Positions 56,797-64,000 are shown, counted from the stretch's first letter. The stretch is 64,000 nucleotides of DNA from Candidatus Saccharimonadota bacterium (GCA_013815775.1 JACDFN010000001.1:109883-173882), one strand, 5' to 3'. Notes: a model not told the origin generated them from the sequence alone. A program made the numbers and translations.

Positions 56797-56871
56797 GTAC
56801 CCCAGGAGGGATTCGAACCTCCGGCCTTGACGTTAGAACCGTCTTGCTCTATCCACTGAGCTACATCCGCC
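56797..56871 (-). pseudogene. Chimeric tRNA-like gene: tRNA-His 5' end fused to a decayed tRNA-Arg(TCT)-like body
   Basis: 5' GGCGGATGTAGCTCAGT identical to tRNA-His; anticodon loop GTTCTAA; T arm and 3' acceptor (GGTTCGAATCCCTCCTGGGGTACC) resemble the genuine tRNA-Arg at 61791; 5' GCGGATG cannot pair with 3' CTGGGGT; no CCA. Confidence 0.6.
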
Positions 56872-56877
56872 GTAAAA
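56855..56877. repeat. 23-bp direct repeat, copy 2
   Basis: ACTGAGCTACATCCGCCGTAAAA, identical to 54766-54788; 2089 bp apart. Confidence 0.9.
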
Positions 56878-56885
56878 CAGCTAGT

Positions 56886-56914
56886 ATTATACTTTTTAAC
56901 AGATGATGTAGCAA
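56886..56914 (-). promoter_or_regulatory. Near-consensus promoter driving the chimeric tRNA-like gene
   Basis: Minus strand TTGCTA (56914-56909), 17 nt, TATAAT (56891-56886), about 8-nt leader. Confidence 0.6.
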
Positions 56915-57016
56915 ATACCGATCTTTGCGTTTAAACATTGACAGCAATAAGCTTTCAGTATAATAATTATGCTTAAGTATAAAATAATCATGCAACCAAG
57001 CGATCAAGGAAACTCA

Positions 57017-59260
57017 ATGACACAAAAAACACCTAATCGACGGATTAAGGAATTTAAAAGTAGAATTCCATTTTCCAGTCGTCAACTTATTATCTTCGCC
57101 CTAATCTTCGCAGCCATTGGAAGTTACGTCTTATATAGGAGTTTTGCGGCCAGCCCGGCTGGCACAGCTCACGTTTTCGTCTCCCCGAGCGGCTCTGATT
57201 CAGGTACTAACTGTAAGCGTTACGCCACACCCGTTGCTTACCCTGGTGGCGCTGTCTGCGCCAGCATTACTAAGGCCTACCAGCTTGCCCAAGGGGGTGA
57301 CACTATCGATGTTCAAGGCGGTACATACTCTGGCTACGAAACGCTAGCTAATGATGCCAGTAAGAACTCTACACCCATAACTATCCGTGGCGCCCAAGGC
57401 TCTACCGTAACCCATAACAATGGTATAGCGTTCGGCAACGACCAGACTAATACAAATTCCGCCGACAATGTAGTCCTCCAAGATATGACTTTTAAGGGCA
57501 CCATAACCCTATGGAGCACAGCCGACAATGTCCAATTAGTTAACCTTAAAGCCGACATCTTCGATATCTTCGGCGGCAATGGCAGTGGCGTAAAGGGCGG
57601 TGACTACGGCCCATGTCAGGCACCAGCCCAAGGCTCTTGTCTAGCTAGGATTATCGGCAACAACATAACTGTAGACGGTACCGCCATCCACCATATGTCT
57701 TCCACCGACTTAGTTAACTACCACGTAGACGGCATGTTCGTCCGCGGCTGCACTAACTGCACAGTTAAGAACACTGACTTCTGGGGCAATATGATTACCA
57801 ACATCAGGGTCCAAAACTGCTGTCAGCTGCCAGCTAACACCAACCTCACTCTTGAGAATAACTGGTTTGGTGTACCGATAGAGGGCGATAATGTAACAGG
57901 GCGGGGCAATGCACTCGACATAGACAATGATGTGCCTGGACTAAGAATTAAATACAATACCTTCCATCCCCAAACCGGAATAAGTATCTGCGGTGCTTGG
58001 GCGTGTAATCCGGCTGACGGCGGCTGGACCGCTACCGATACCCAGATTATTGGTAATCTTTTCTCCCGGGCATTCTGTGCTTCCGGTGCGGTATATCGCA
58101 ATAACGTCTATCGAGCTTTCAGTGAGTATGCCGGTTCCGAGTCCTGTGGCACTGGCGAGAAACTAGTAACTGACTTTGGACTGGTAAATTCTGGCCCATA
58201 CAGTAATACGCCCAGCAGTCCAGACTTTCACCTGACATCTAGCTCACCAGCCATTGGAGCAGGTGACCCCACCAACTACACAGCTACTGACTATGACGGC
58301 CAACCCCGCCCCCAGGGCACTGCTCCAGATGCCGGCGCCGACGAATACTCCACTGGTACTACACCACCTCCACCTCCTCCCACAGCACCAACAGTCTCTC
58401 TCTCCTCTAGTCCTACTTCTGTAGCTTCCGGCTCTGCCTCTACACTAACCTGGAGTTCCACAAACGCTACATCATGTACCGCCTCCGGATCCTGGAGTGG
58501 GGCTAAAGCAACTTCCGGATCACAGTCCACTGGTAACCTAACCTCTAGCTCTACTTACAGCCTAGCTTGTACCGGCACTGGTGGCAGTGCTTCTGCTAGT
58601 ACTACGGTTACGGTCAGCGGTACTTCTGCCGACACCACTCCACCCTCCATTCCTACCGGCTTAGGTCACACCACAACTACCGACTCTTCACTCAGTTTGG
58701 TATGGAATGCATCGAGTGACAATGTTGGCGTAAAGGGCTACAAGCTCTACCGTAACAACGCTTTGATAACTTCACCTACCAGCACCTCATATGTCGACAG
58801 CGGCTTAAGCGCTGGTACTAGCTATAGTTACGCTGTTTCAGCATTCGATGCAGCTGGAAATGAAAGTGCTAAGAGTGCTACTGTTAGCTTTACAACGGCG
58901 ACAAGTACAAGTATCCTGCCGCTTCCACCGCCCAATGACACCGTAGCTCCGAGCACTCCAGACGGATTTAAAGTAACAAGTAGCGGTAAAACCAGCGTAT
59001 CCTTAGCCTGGAACGCCAGTACCGATATCGGTGGCTCTGGCTTAGCCGGATACAAGCTTTACCGGGGTAGTACTCTTGTTTATACTGGGCCTAACTTAAG
59101 CTTTAACAGCACAGGTCTCAGTTCAAAAAGCAGCTATACGTACACAGTGCACTCCTATGACAAAGCTGGCAATATGTCCAATTCAAGCATTAAAATCTGT
59201 GTTAGCAAGTTTGGCTTCTGGAGCAACATTACACGCAGCCGTGGCTGGGAATATTGTTAA
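57017..59260 (+). CDS. Secreted protein: N-terminal anchor, right-handed beta-helix, poly-Pro, Ig-like module, two FN3 domains
   Basis: Anchor FALIFAAIGSYVLYRSFAASP; beta-helix repeats (NIRVQNCC, GNNITVDG); FN3 (PPSIPTGL..YKLYRN; PSTPDGF..YKLYRG). ATG 57017 follows AAGGA; the ORF is open from 56969. Confidence 0.65.
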   Translation: MTQKTPNRRIKEFKSRIPFSSRQLIIFALIFAAIGSYVLYRSFAASPAGTAHVFVSPSGSDSGTNCKRYATPVAYPGGAVCASITKAYQLAQGGDTIDVQGGTYSGYETLANDASKNSTPITIRGAQGSTVTHNNGIAFGNDQTNTNSADNVVLQDMTFKGTITLWSTADNVQLVNLKADIFDIFGGNGSGVKGGDYGPCQAPAQGSCLARIIGNNITVDGTAIHHMSSTDLVNYHVDGMFVRGCTNCTVKNTDFWGNMITNIRVQNCCQLPANTNLTLENNWFGVPIEGDNVTGRGNALDIDNDVPGLRIKYNTFHPQTGISICGAWACNPADGGWTATDTQIIGNLFSRAFCASGAVYRNNVYRAFSEYAGSESCGTGEKLVTDFGLVNSGPYSNTPSSPDFHLTSSSPAIGAGDPTNYTATDYDGQPRPQGTAPDAGADEYSTGTTPPPPPPTAPTVSLSSSPTSVASGSASTLTWSSTNATSCTASGSWSGAKATSGSQSTGNLTSSSTYSLACTGTGGSASASTTVTVSGTSADTTPPSIPTGLGHTTTTDSSLSLVWNASSDNVGVKGYKLYRNNALITSPTSTSYVDSGLSAGTSYSYAVSAFDAAGNESAKSATVSFTTATSTSILPLPPPNDTVAPSTPDGFKVTSSGKTSVSLAWNASTDIGGSGLAGYKLYRGSTLVYTGPNLSFNSTGLSSKSSYTYTVHSYDKAGNMSNSSIKICVSKFGFWSNITRSRGWEYC

Positions 59261-59316
59261 GAGTACTTCTTTACTGAAACATTATAAACACAAAACTATA
59301 GTTAAGAATGCATCTT

Positions 59317-59375
59317 AGAGATGCATCTGCCGAAACGCCACTAGTTACTTGCACGAAAAGATGATGTAGCAAACT
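59317..59375. repeat. Degenerate third copy of the tRNA 5'-end/leader/promoter segment
   Basis: Exact 15-mer AGATGATGTAGCAAA (59359-59373 = 56900-56914) plus flanking partial identity (GAGATGCATCTGCCGAAAC..CTAGT versus GAGCTACATCCGCCGTAAAAC..CTAGT). Confidence 0.4.
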
Positions 59376-59582
59376 CTTGGGTCGGGTTTATGCTACCCAG
59401 CTGAAAGTATTCTAGTATAAACCAATACGCTAATGCTTACTATTGACAAATATTATAAACAGTGATAGAATGCGCTGGTAACTTCTGTGAGAGGGAATGT
59501 ATATCAACTAATTAACGTTTCATGCGTTACGGGTTGTCGGTTCATTGTAAATGCCCGACACTCGAAATAGAGGTAGGTTTAT

Positions 59583-60437
59583 ATGAGCAGAAAAAACTTT
59601 ATCAACTTAGTAGGTGCCGTCATACTTGGCGTGTCTAGCATATTTTGGGCTAGTTCGGCAGTATCGGCCCAGACGAATAGCGACCTCGAAAAGGTGACGA
59701 TCTGCCATCGCACCAATAGCGTAACAAATCCATATCGACAAATAACTGTAGATAAATCAGCCGTTGATGGCCATGGTGAAAATGACCACACACAGCACAC
59801 TGGACCAGTAGCCACTTCGCAAGAAGTTGCCCAAGGACTTAAGGACGAAAAAAAGAAATGGGGCGATATCATACCTCATGGCCTTAACTGGACGACTGTT
59901 GGTATGGCAGTATATAACAACGGCTGCCAACCTCTACACGCTCCAGAAGATCCACCAGTACATCAAACCCGTGTAAAAATCTGTCATGCCACTGGCTCTG
60001 AGAGTAATCCCTACGTGGAAATAACTCTTAACGCCAGAGGGGTAATTAACGGGCATGTTGGCCATGACCATCAAAACGGTGAAGATATCATCCCACCTTT
60101 TGAGTACATGGATAAAAATAAAGAAACAAAGAACTTCCCTGGTCAAAACTGGAACACTAACGGACAGGCAATCTACAATAATCACTGCAAGAAGCCTGTA
60201 CATGTTGTAGTGCAACCTCCTACACCACCCCCAACTCCCCCAGCTGGCCACGTAAATGGTGCCTCAACCACCACCACTGGCGTTGTACTCGGAGCTCAAG
60301 TTCAAGCACCAGTTGGAGCTGTTAGCGCAGGAGCCGGTGGAGCTGTCGGTACAAGCATGGGTGCTATATTCGGACTTTCTAGCTCTCTTGGTGTACTTGG
60401 CCTAGGACTTCGCCAAATGCGCAAGTTCGGTCTCTAA
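59583..60437 (+). CDS. Secreted protein with two Cys/His-rich repeats and a sorting-signal-like C-terminus
   Basis: Signal peptide ..SSAVSA|Q; repeats KVTICHRTNSVTNPYRQITV..GHGENDH and RVKICHATGSESNPYVEITL..GHVGHDH; Pro-rich stalk; C-terminal hydrophobic stretch plus RQMRKFGL. Confidence 0.55.
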   Translation: MSRKNFINLVGAVILGVSSIFWASSAVSAQTNSDLEKVTICHRTNSVTNPYRQITVDKSAVDGHGENDHTQHTGPVATSQEVAQGLKDEKKKWGDIIPHGLNWTTVGMAVYNNGCQPLHAPEDPPVHQTRVKICHATGSESNPYVEITLNARGVINGHVGHDHQNGEDIIPPFEYMDKNKETKNFPGQNWNTNGQAIYNNHCKKPVHVVVQPPTPPPTPPAGHVNGASTTTTGVVLGAQVQAPVGAVSAGAGGAVGTSMGAIFGLSSSLGVLGLGLRQMRKFGL

Positions 60438-60471
60438 GCAGTAAATAAAAGTAAAATAGCGTTAGTTGAAT

Positions 60472-61392
60472 ATGAGCGCTAATAAAAAAACACTATCCAA
60501 AACAAGAAAGCCGGCGAGCAGCCGGCTTTCTTTACATGCAGCTCAAAAAAAGCAGCAAAAGCCTAAGACTTCGCGGGTTAAGTATTTACATGTTCCCCTC
60601 ACTACTTCGCGTGTTTTACTTATCTCACTTAGACAGTTTAGAACCAGCAAAGCTAAGCGCTCAAAGCGCTACAAGCAGATTGTTATTACCACTCACTTCT
60701 TACCGTATAAAGAAATAGCCATTGTTCAACGGCGTGGCAAAAGAACCGCAAAAAAATCACGAAAGGTCTTATTTAATCGCCAAACTGCTGCAGCCTTACT
60801 ATTAATAATTTCCGGAATTGCAGGAGCTATATACTTTAGCCTGAACCTAAGTAAAGCTCCCAATCTAGAGCTTAGCTCTAACCCAGTACCTACTTCCGCA
60901 GTCGTTCAGCCTCCCCAACCAACTCTCCCGAGTACGCTACCCAAATCAGAACCTACTCGCGTACGTATTGCCCGGCTCGAAATTAACACCACTCTAATGC
61001 CAGTTGGGCGTAATTCTGACGGAACAATGGAAGTACCTACCCGTTACGATATTGCCGGCTGGTATAATTTAGCTCCAACACCCGGAGAACGGGGGCCGGC
61101 TATTATAGTAGGGCATGTTGACAGCCCACGCGGACCAGCCATTTTTTGGCGCCTCAGGGAGCTTACACCGGGCGATATCGTAGAAGTTGATCGTGCCGAT
61201 GGTACAACTGTTAAGTTTAAGGTAGACAGTGTTCAACAATACCCCCAGGCCAGTTTTCCAACGCAGGAGGTATATGGGAACATTGATAATGCAGGGATAA
61301 GACTAATCACTTGTGGTGGGGTATTTGACAGGAATATTCATAAGTACAGCCATAACACCGTAGTTTTCGGCTCTATGCTTACAGAACAGTAA
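60472..61392 (+). CDS. Sortase (class F-like) with long basic N-terminal region and TM anchor
   Basis: RIARLEINTTLMPVG, GPAIIVGHVDS (His), RLITCGG (catalytic Cys); ATG 60472 (TTG 60466 also possible). Confidence 0.8.
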   Translation: MSANKKTLSKTRKPASSRLSLHAAQKKQQKPKTSRVKYLHVPLTTSRVLLISLRQFRTSKAKRSKRYKQIVITTHFLPYKEIAIVQRRGKRTAKKSRKVLFNRQTAAALLLIISGIAGAIYFSLNLSKAPNLELSSNPVPTSAVVQPPQPTLPSTLPKSEPTRVRIARLEINTTLMPVGRNSDGTMEVPTRYDIAGWYNLAPTPGERGPAIIVGHVDSPRGPAIFWRLRELTPGDIVEVDRADGTTVKFKVDSVQQYPQASFPTQEVYGNIDNAGIRLITCGGVFDRNIHKYSHNTVVFGSMLTEQ

Positions 61393-61465
61393 CGTCAACA
61401 TATAAGAGAATATTTTGGTACAGCTTAGTTACGAAGTTAGAACTGCGTTACTGTGCAAGTAGGTA

Positions 61466-61759
61466 CTAGGCGTACCAAGTTATTATCCCAACACCTCTTA
61501 ATAAGTGAAAAGTAAAAAAGACCAATAGCCCCAAGGCATTAGAAAAAAAACAGAGCCTTATGAATGTATTTGTATCGTATTTTTTTAAGTACCTTATAGT
61601 GCCAAGAAATACTACTATTACCGCGAGTAACCCTGTTAAAACAAACATCGACCAGTCCAAAGGGAATATGCCAGAATCTCCCCAATGGATTATGCCGACA
61701 ACCACTGCTACTACTTGTAAGGCAAAGAGGGCCATGATGGAATTAGCGATAAATTTCAT
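61466..61759 (-). CDS. Hypothetical small membrane protein (97 aa, 3 TM)
   Basis: ORF plus hydrophobic profile only. Confidence 0.45.
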   Translation of the reverse strand: MKFIANSIMALFALQVVAVVVGIIHWGDSGIFPLDWSMFVLTGLLAVIVVFLGTIRYLKKYDTNTFIRLCFFSNALGLLVFFTFHLLRGVGIITWYA

Positions 61760-61790
61760 TTAAGTATCATAGCATTCATAACTTTTACAT

Positions 61791-61867
61791 TGGTACCCCG
61801 GGAGGGATTCGAACCCCCAACCTAGTGGATAGAAGCCACTCGCTCTAATCCATTGAGCTACCGGGGC
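61791..61867 (-). tRNA. tRNA-Arg (anticodon TCT), CCA encoded
   Basis: Acceptor GCCCCGG/CCGGGGT; anticodon arm AGTGG-CTTCTAT-CCACT. Confidence 0.92.
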
Positions 61868-61868
61868 T

Positions 61869-61943
61869 TGGTGCGGGATACCGGAGTCGAACCGGTCTCC
61901 TCAGTTTGGAAAACTGATATATTAGCCGATATACGAATCCCGC
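61869..61943 (-). tRNA. tRNA-Gly (anticodon TCC), CCA encoded
   Basis: Acceptor GCGGGAT/ATCCCGC; anticodon arm TCAGT-TTTCCAA-ACTGA; 1 nt from tRNA-Arg; TATAAT 12 nt upstream. Confidence 0.9.
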
Positions 61944-62004
61944 ATAACAGGGGTGATTATAACAGATATATATTCAAAGTCTAAAGCCACTAAATAAAAA
62001 GCCA

Positions 62005-62040
62005 AAACAAAACGCACCAGTTACCTGGTGCGTTTTAGCT
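62005..62040. terminator. Bidirectional rho-independent terminator
   Basis: AAAA-CGCACCAG-ttac-CTGGTGCG-TTTT; on the minus strand followed by TTTTGTTTTGGCTTTTT. Confidence 0.65.
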
Positions 62041-62064
62041 TTTACTAAAATTTAAGGCTTAAAA

Positions 62065-62238
62065 TTAAGCGCTAAAAATTCTAGCTGCTACAGTTCGAGC
62101 TAAAGTGATAACTGTAATAGCTACCCCTAAAGTCAAAATAGCTAGCGTTATTGCTATAGATAGCTTGCTACCGCCAGTGCTAGGCAGTACAGCAACTGAA
62201 CCAGCTGCTATTGAAGTACCGAGTACGGATCCATACAT
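62065..62238 (-). CDS. 57-aa ORF consisting essentially of an LPSTG cell-wall sorting signal
   Basis: Hand-translated MYGSVLGTSIAAGSVAVLPSTGGSKLSIAITLAILTLGVAITVITLARTVAARIFSA; RBS AAAGGAG 7 nt upstream; own terminator; below the ORF-track cutoff. Confidence 0.5.
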   Translation of the reverse strand: MYGSVLGTSIAAGSVAVLPSTGGSKLSIAITLAILTLGVAITVITLARTVAARIFSA

Positions 62239-62368
62239 ATGCTAACTCCTTTCTCTAGCTAAATTAAAGCACATTGTTAGTTATATGTAAATAGATAATA
62301 AAATATAATTGCATAAGCAGTATGATTATGCTATAGTATATATGTTATTAAAGCTTAGGGAGTCATAG

Positions 62369-63586
62369 ATGATCTTAGGTGTTTACTCGCCACCTTCTAT
62401 TATTGTTTTTATAACCGCAATTACGGTTATTTTAGCTTTAACCTCAGTCTTTTACGAATACAGGAAGGCCAAAGCACTTAAACTTCTTCCACATAAAGAC
62501 TACCTTTATAAAAAGGTGTCTAAGGTAGCGGTGTTAATAGCTTCCAAGGATGGCGAAAAAACAATTACTCGAACAGTAAAAGCAGCTATTGCCAATAGAT
62601 GTACCGTTTATGTTGTTTCCGACGGAAGCAGCGATAAAACCGTCAGGGAGGCTCGCGCCGCAGGGGCACAAGTGTTGGGCTTAAAAAAGAATATTGGCAA
62701 GCCCGCTGCCCTACACCGAGCCTATAAACACTTTAAACTTGGACAAAATTACAGCGCCATAGCAATTCTGGATGATGACGTCATGGTTGAAAAAGACTTT
62801 ATTAGACATGCTAAGAAATCGATGGGTAGAGACTGCGCTATTACAGTGGGAAAGAATTTAACTGATTGGCCGAACCATAAAAGGTGGAATGTTTGGTTGG
62901 CTTCCCGTACCTATAGTTACTGGGCTTACCAGATAACCCTACGTACCATACAAAGCACTTATAACGTAATGAATTGTATATCAGGTTCAAATTCACTTTA
63001 TCGCACAGAAGTTCTCGACCGTGTATTAACAGGAGACACTCCATACATTGTTGACGACACCTATTGGACGCTTGAAACTCATAGATTAAAACTTGGAAAG
63101 ATTAAATACTCTCCAAAAGCTCGGGCGTGGCTACAAGACCCAATCAACTTCCGTGATTGGTACAGTCAAAACTTACGCTGGATGTGGGGGACCTTTCAAG
63201 GCATTATCGGCCATCGAGTTGGCACAAAGGCAAACAAGTTCCACCTATCTTACCTCGCAATTATGTTCGAGTGGATAATCTATATATTCAGCGGACCATT
63301 AACACTGTTTGTCATTTGGCAGGCCGGGTTGGACAGTTTAGCTCTAGAGCTACTTTTGCTCTGCACCGGCTATGCAGTCTTAGTGACAATAGCAGCAATC
63401 GCACTTAAGTTACCTCGATTGCTGCTATTTGTTCCTGTCATTGTAGTAACAGACTTTCTCTTTCGTTGGGTTATGCTCCATGGCCTATTTAAGGCTATTC
63501 GTCAAAAAACAGTAGCATCCTGTGTTTGGAATTCCCCGGAGCGTTTTGATACTCGTGGTTCTACCCTAGGGCAAAAGGCAGGATAA
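62369..63586 (+). CDS. Processive family-2 glycosyltransferase (membrane-embedded polysaccharide synthase type)
   Basis: N-terminal TM, SDGSSDKT, ILDDDV (DxD), QNLRW (QxxRW) followed by multiple TMs. Promoter TTGCAT-17-TATAGT upstream. Confidence 0.8.
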   Translation: MILGVYSPPSIIVFITAITVILALTSVFYEYRKAKALKLLPHKDYLYKKVSKVAVLIASKDGEKTITRTVKAAIANRCTVYVVSDGSSDKTVREARAAGAQVLGLKKNIGKPAALHRAYKHFKLGQNYSAIAILDDDVMVEKDFIRHAKKSMGRDCAITVGKNLTDWPNHKRWNVWLASRTYSYWAYQITLRTIQSTYNVMNCISGSNSLYRTEVLDRVLTGDTPYIVDDTYWTLETHRLKLGKIKYSPKARAWLQDPINFRDWYSQNLRWMWGTFQGIIGHRVGTKANKFHLSYLAIMFEWIIYIFSGPLTLFVIWQAGLDSLALELLLLCTGYAVLVTIAAIALKLPRLLLFVPVIVVTDFLFRWVMLHGLFKAIRQKTVASCVWNSPERFDTRGSTLGQKAG

Positions 63587-63587
63587 A

Positions 63588-64000
63588 ATGGCAAAGAAAA
63601 AAGAACAATTTAAAAATGTAAAAGATGCCCAAAAGTCCCTGGGAAAATTTGGAATACAAGGAATAAGGCTAGCCGCAAGACACCTATGGTTATTTACCGG
63701 CGCTGCTTTAATTGGTGTCGGCCTTTTGAGTGGCGGCTTCGATTTAATTAAAAGCTTGGGGGTAGATAAAAACACTCAGGCTCATGCCCTTACAAGCAAC
63801 GTACCTGTCCAAACTCCAATCCCTTTAATATCAGGTACCCCAGTTCATATATCAATTCCGGATGTAAGCATAGACCTAAATGTTGTTCCGGGTTTCTACA
63901 ACCCGGATAAGAAAAGTTGGACATTAAGTTTAAAGAATGCTCACTTTGCAACAATTACTTCAAAGTCTAACAACAAAGAAGGCAACACTTTTATCTATGC
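63588..64000 (+). CDS. Second sortase-like protein, N-terminal part (runs off the window)
   Basis: Hand-translated MAKKKEQF..; TM anchor; PVHISIPDVSIDLNVVPGF..NAHFAT..EGNTFIYA resembles the sortase beta-barrel up to the His region; ATG 1 nt after the GT2 stop. Confidence 0.55.
   Translation, partial: MAKKKEQFKNVKDAQKSLGKFGIQGIRLAARHLWLFTGAALIGVGLLSGGFDLIKSLGVDKNTQAHALTSNVPVQTPIPLISGTPVHISIPDVSIDLNVVPGFYNPDKKSWTLSLKNAHFATITSKSNNKEGNTFIY

Noticed and set aside
55800-58620. The shared Ig-like module of the two large secreted proteins, considered as a DGR template/variable repeat pair or a recent duplication.
   Set aside because: The nucleotide sequences differ throughout, including synonymous sites, not in an adenine-specific pattern. 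No reverse transcriptase is in the window.

Overview
Gene-dense 64-kb bacterial window using the standard genetic code. It holds about 75 protein genes, 9 tRNAs and 1 decayed tRNA. There is no rRNA, CRISPR array, transposase or integrase. Housekeeping content includes lepA, the hrcA-grpE-dnaK-dnaJ operon behind a CIRCE operator, rimK, ruvC-ruvA, ruvB, dus, pcm, tilS, ftsH, recA-recX, tsaE-tsaB and rny. A complete type IV pilus cluster runs pilB-pilC-pilA, three minor pilins, then pilM-pilN-pilO. ComEC is present, along with many surface or secreted proteins: cohesin-like, lamin-tail, S8 protease, LysM-Rpf, beta-helix/FN3 and two sortases. The near absence of biosynthetic genes fits a reduced Patescibacteria/CPR-like genome, plausibly Saccharibacteria, but this is inference only. 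Main second-look items: (1) A promoter-proximal three-way-junction RNA element occurs three times, fused to the 5' side of tRNA-Pro(UGG) and tRNA-fMet and once as an orphan, and its helices differ by compensatory changes. (2) The tRNA-His 5' end plus leader is reused. An exact 23-bp direct repeat creates a chimeric His/Arg pseudo-tRNA with its own near-consensus promoter, and a third decayed copy exists. Together these brackets enclose two large secreted-protein genes. (3) A sortase neighbourhood contains an untracked 57-aa ORF that is little more than an LPSTG sorting signal, lying divergent from a GT2 synthase coupled to a second sortase. (4) At least ten genes carry a -10 box 6-9 nt upstream of the ATG with no Shine-Dalgarno sequence, suggesting leaderless expression. 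(5) Two GC-rich single-gene islands and an Rpf-type muralytic protein hint at gene flow from high-GC bacteria.
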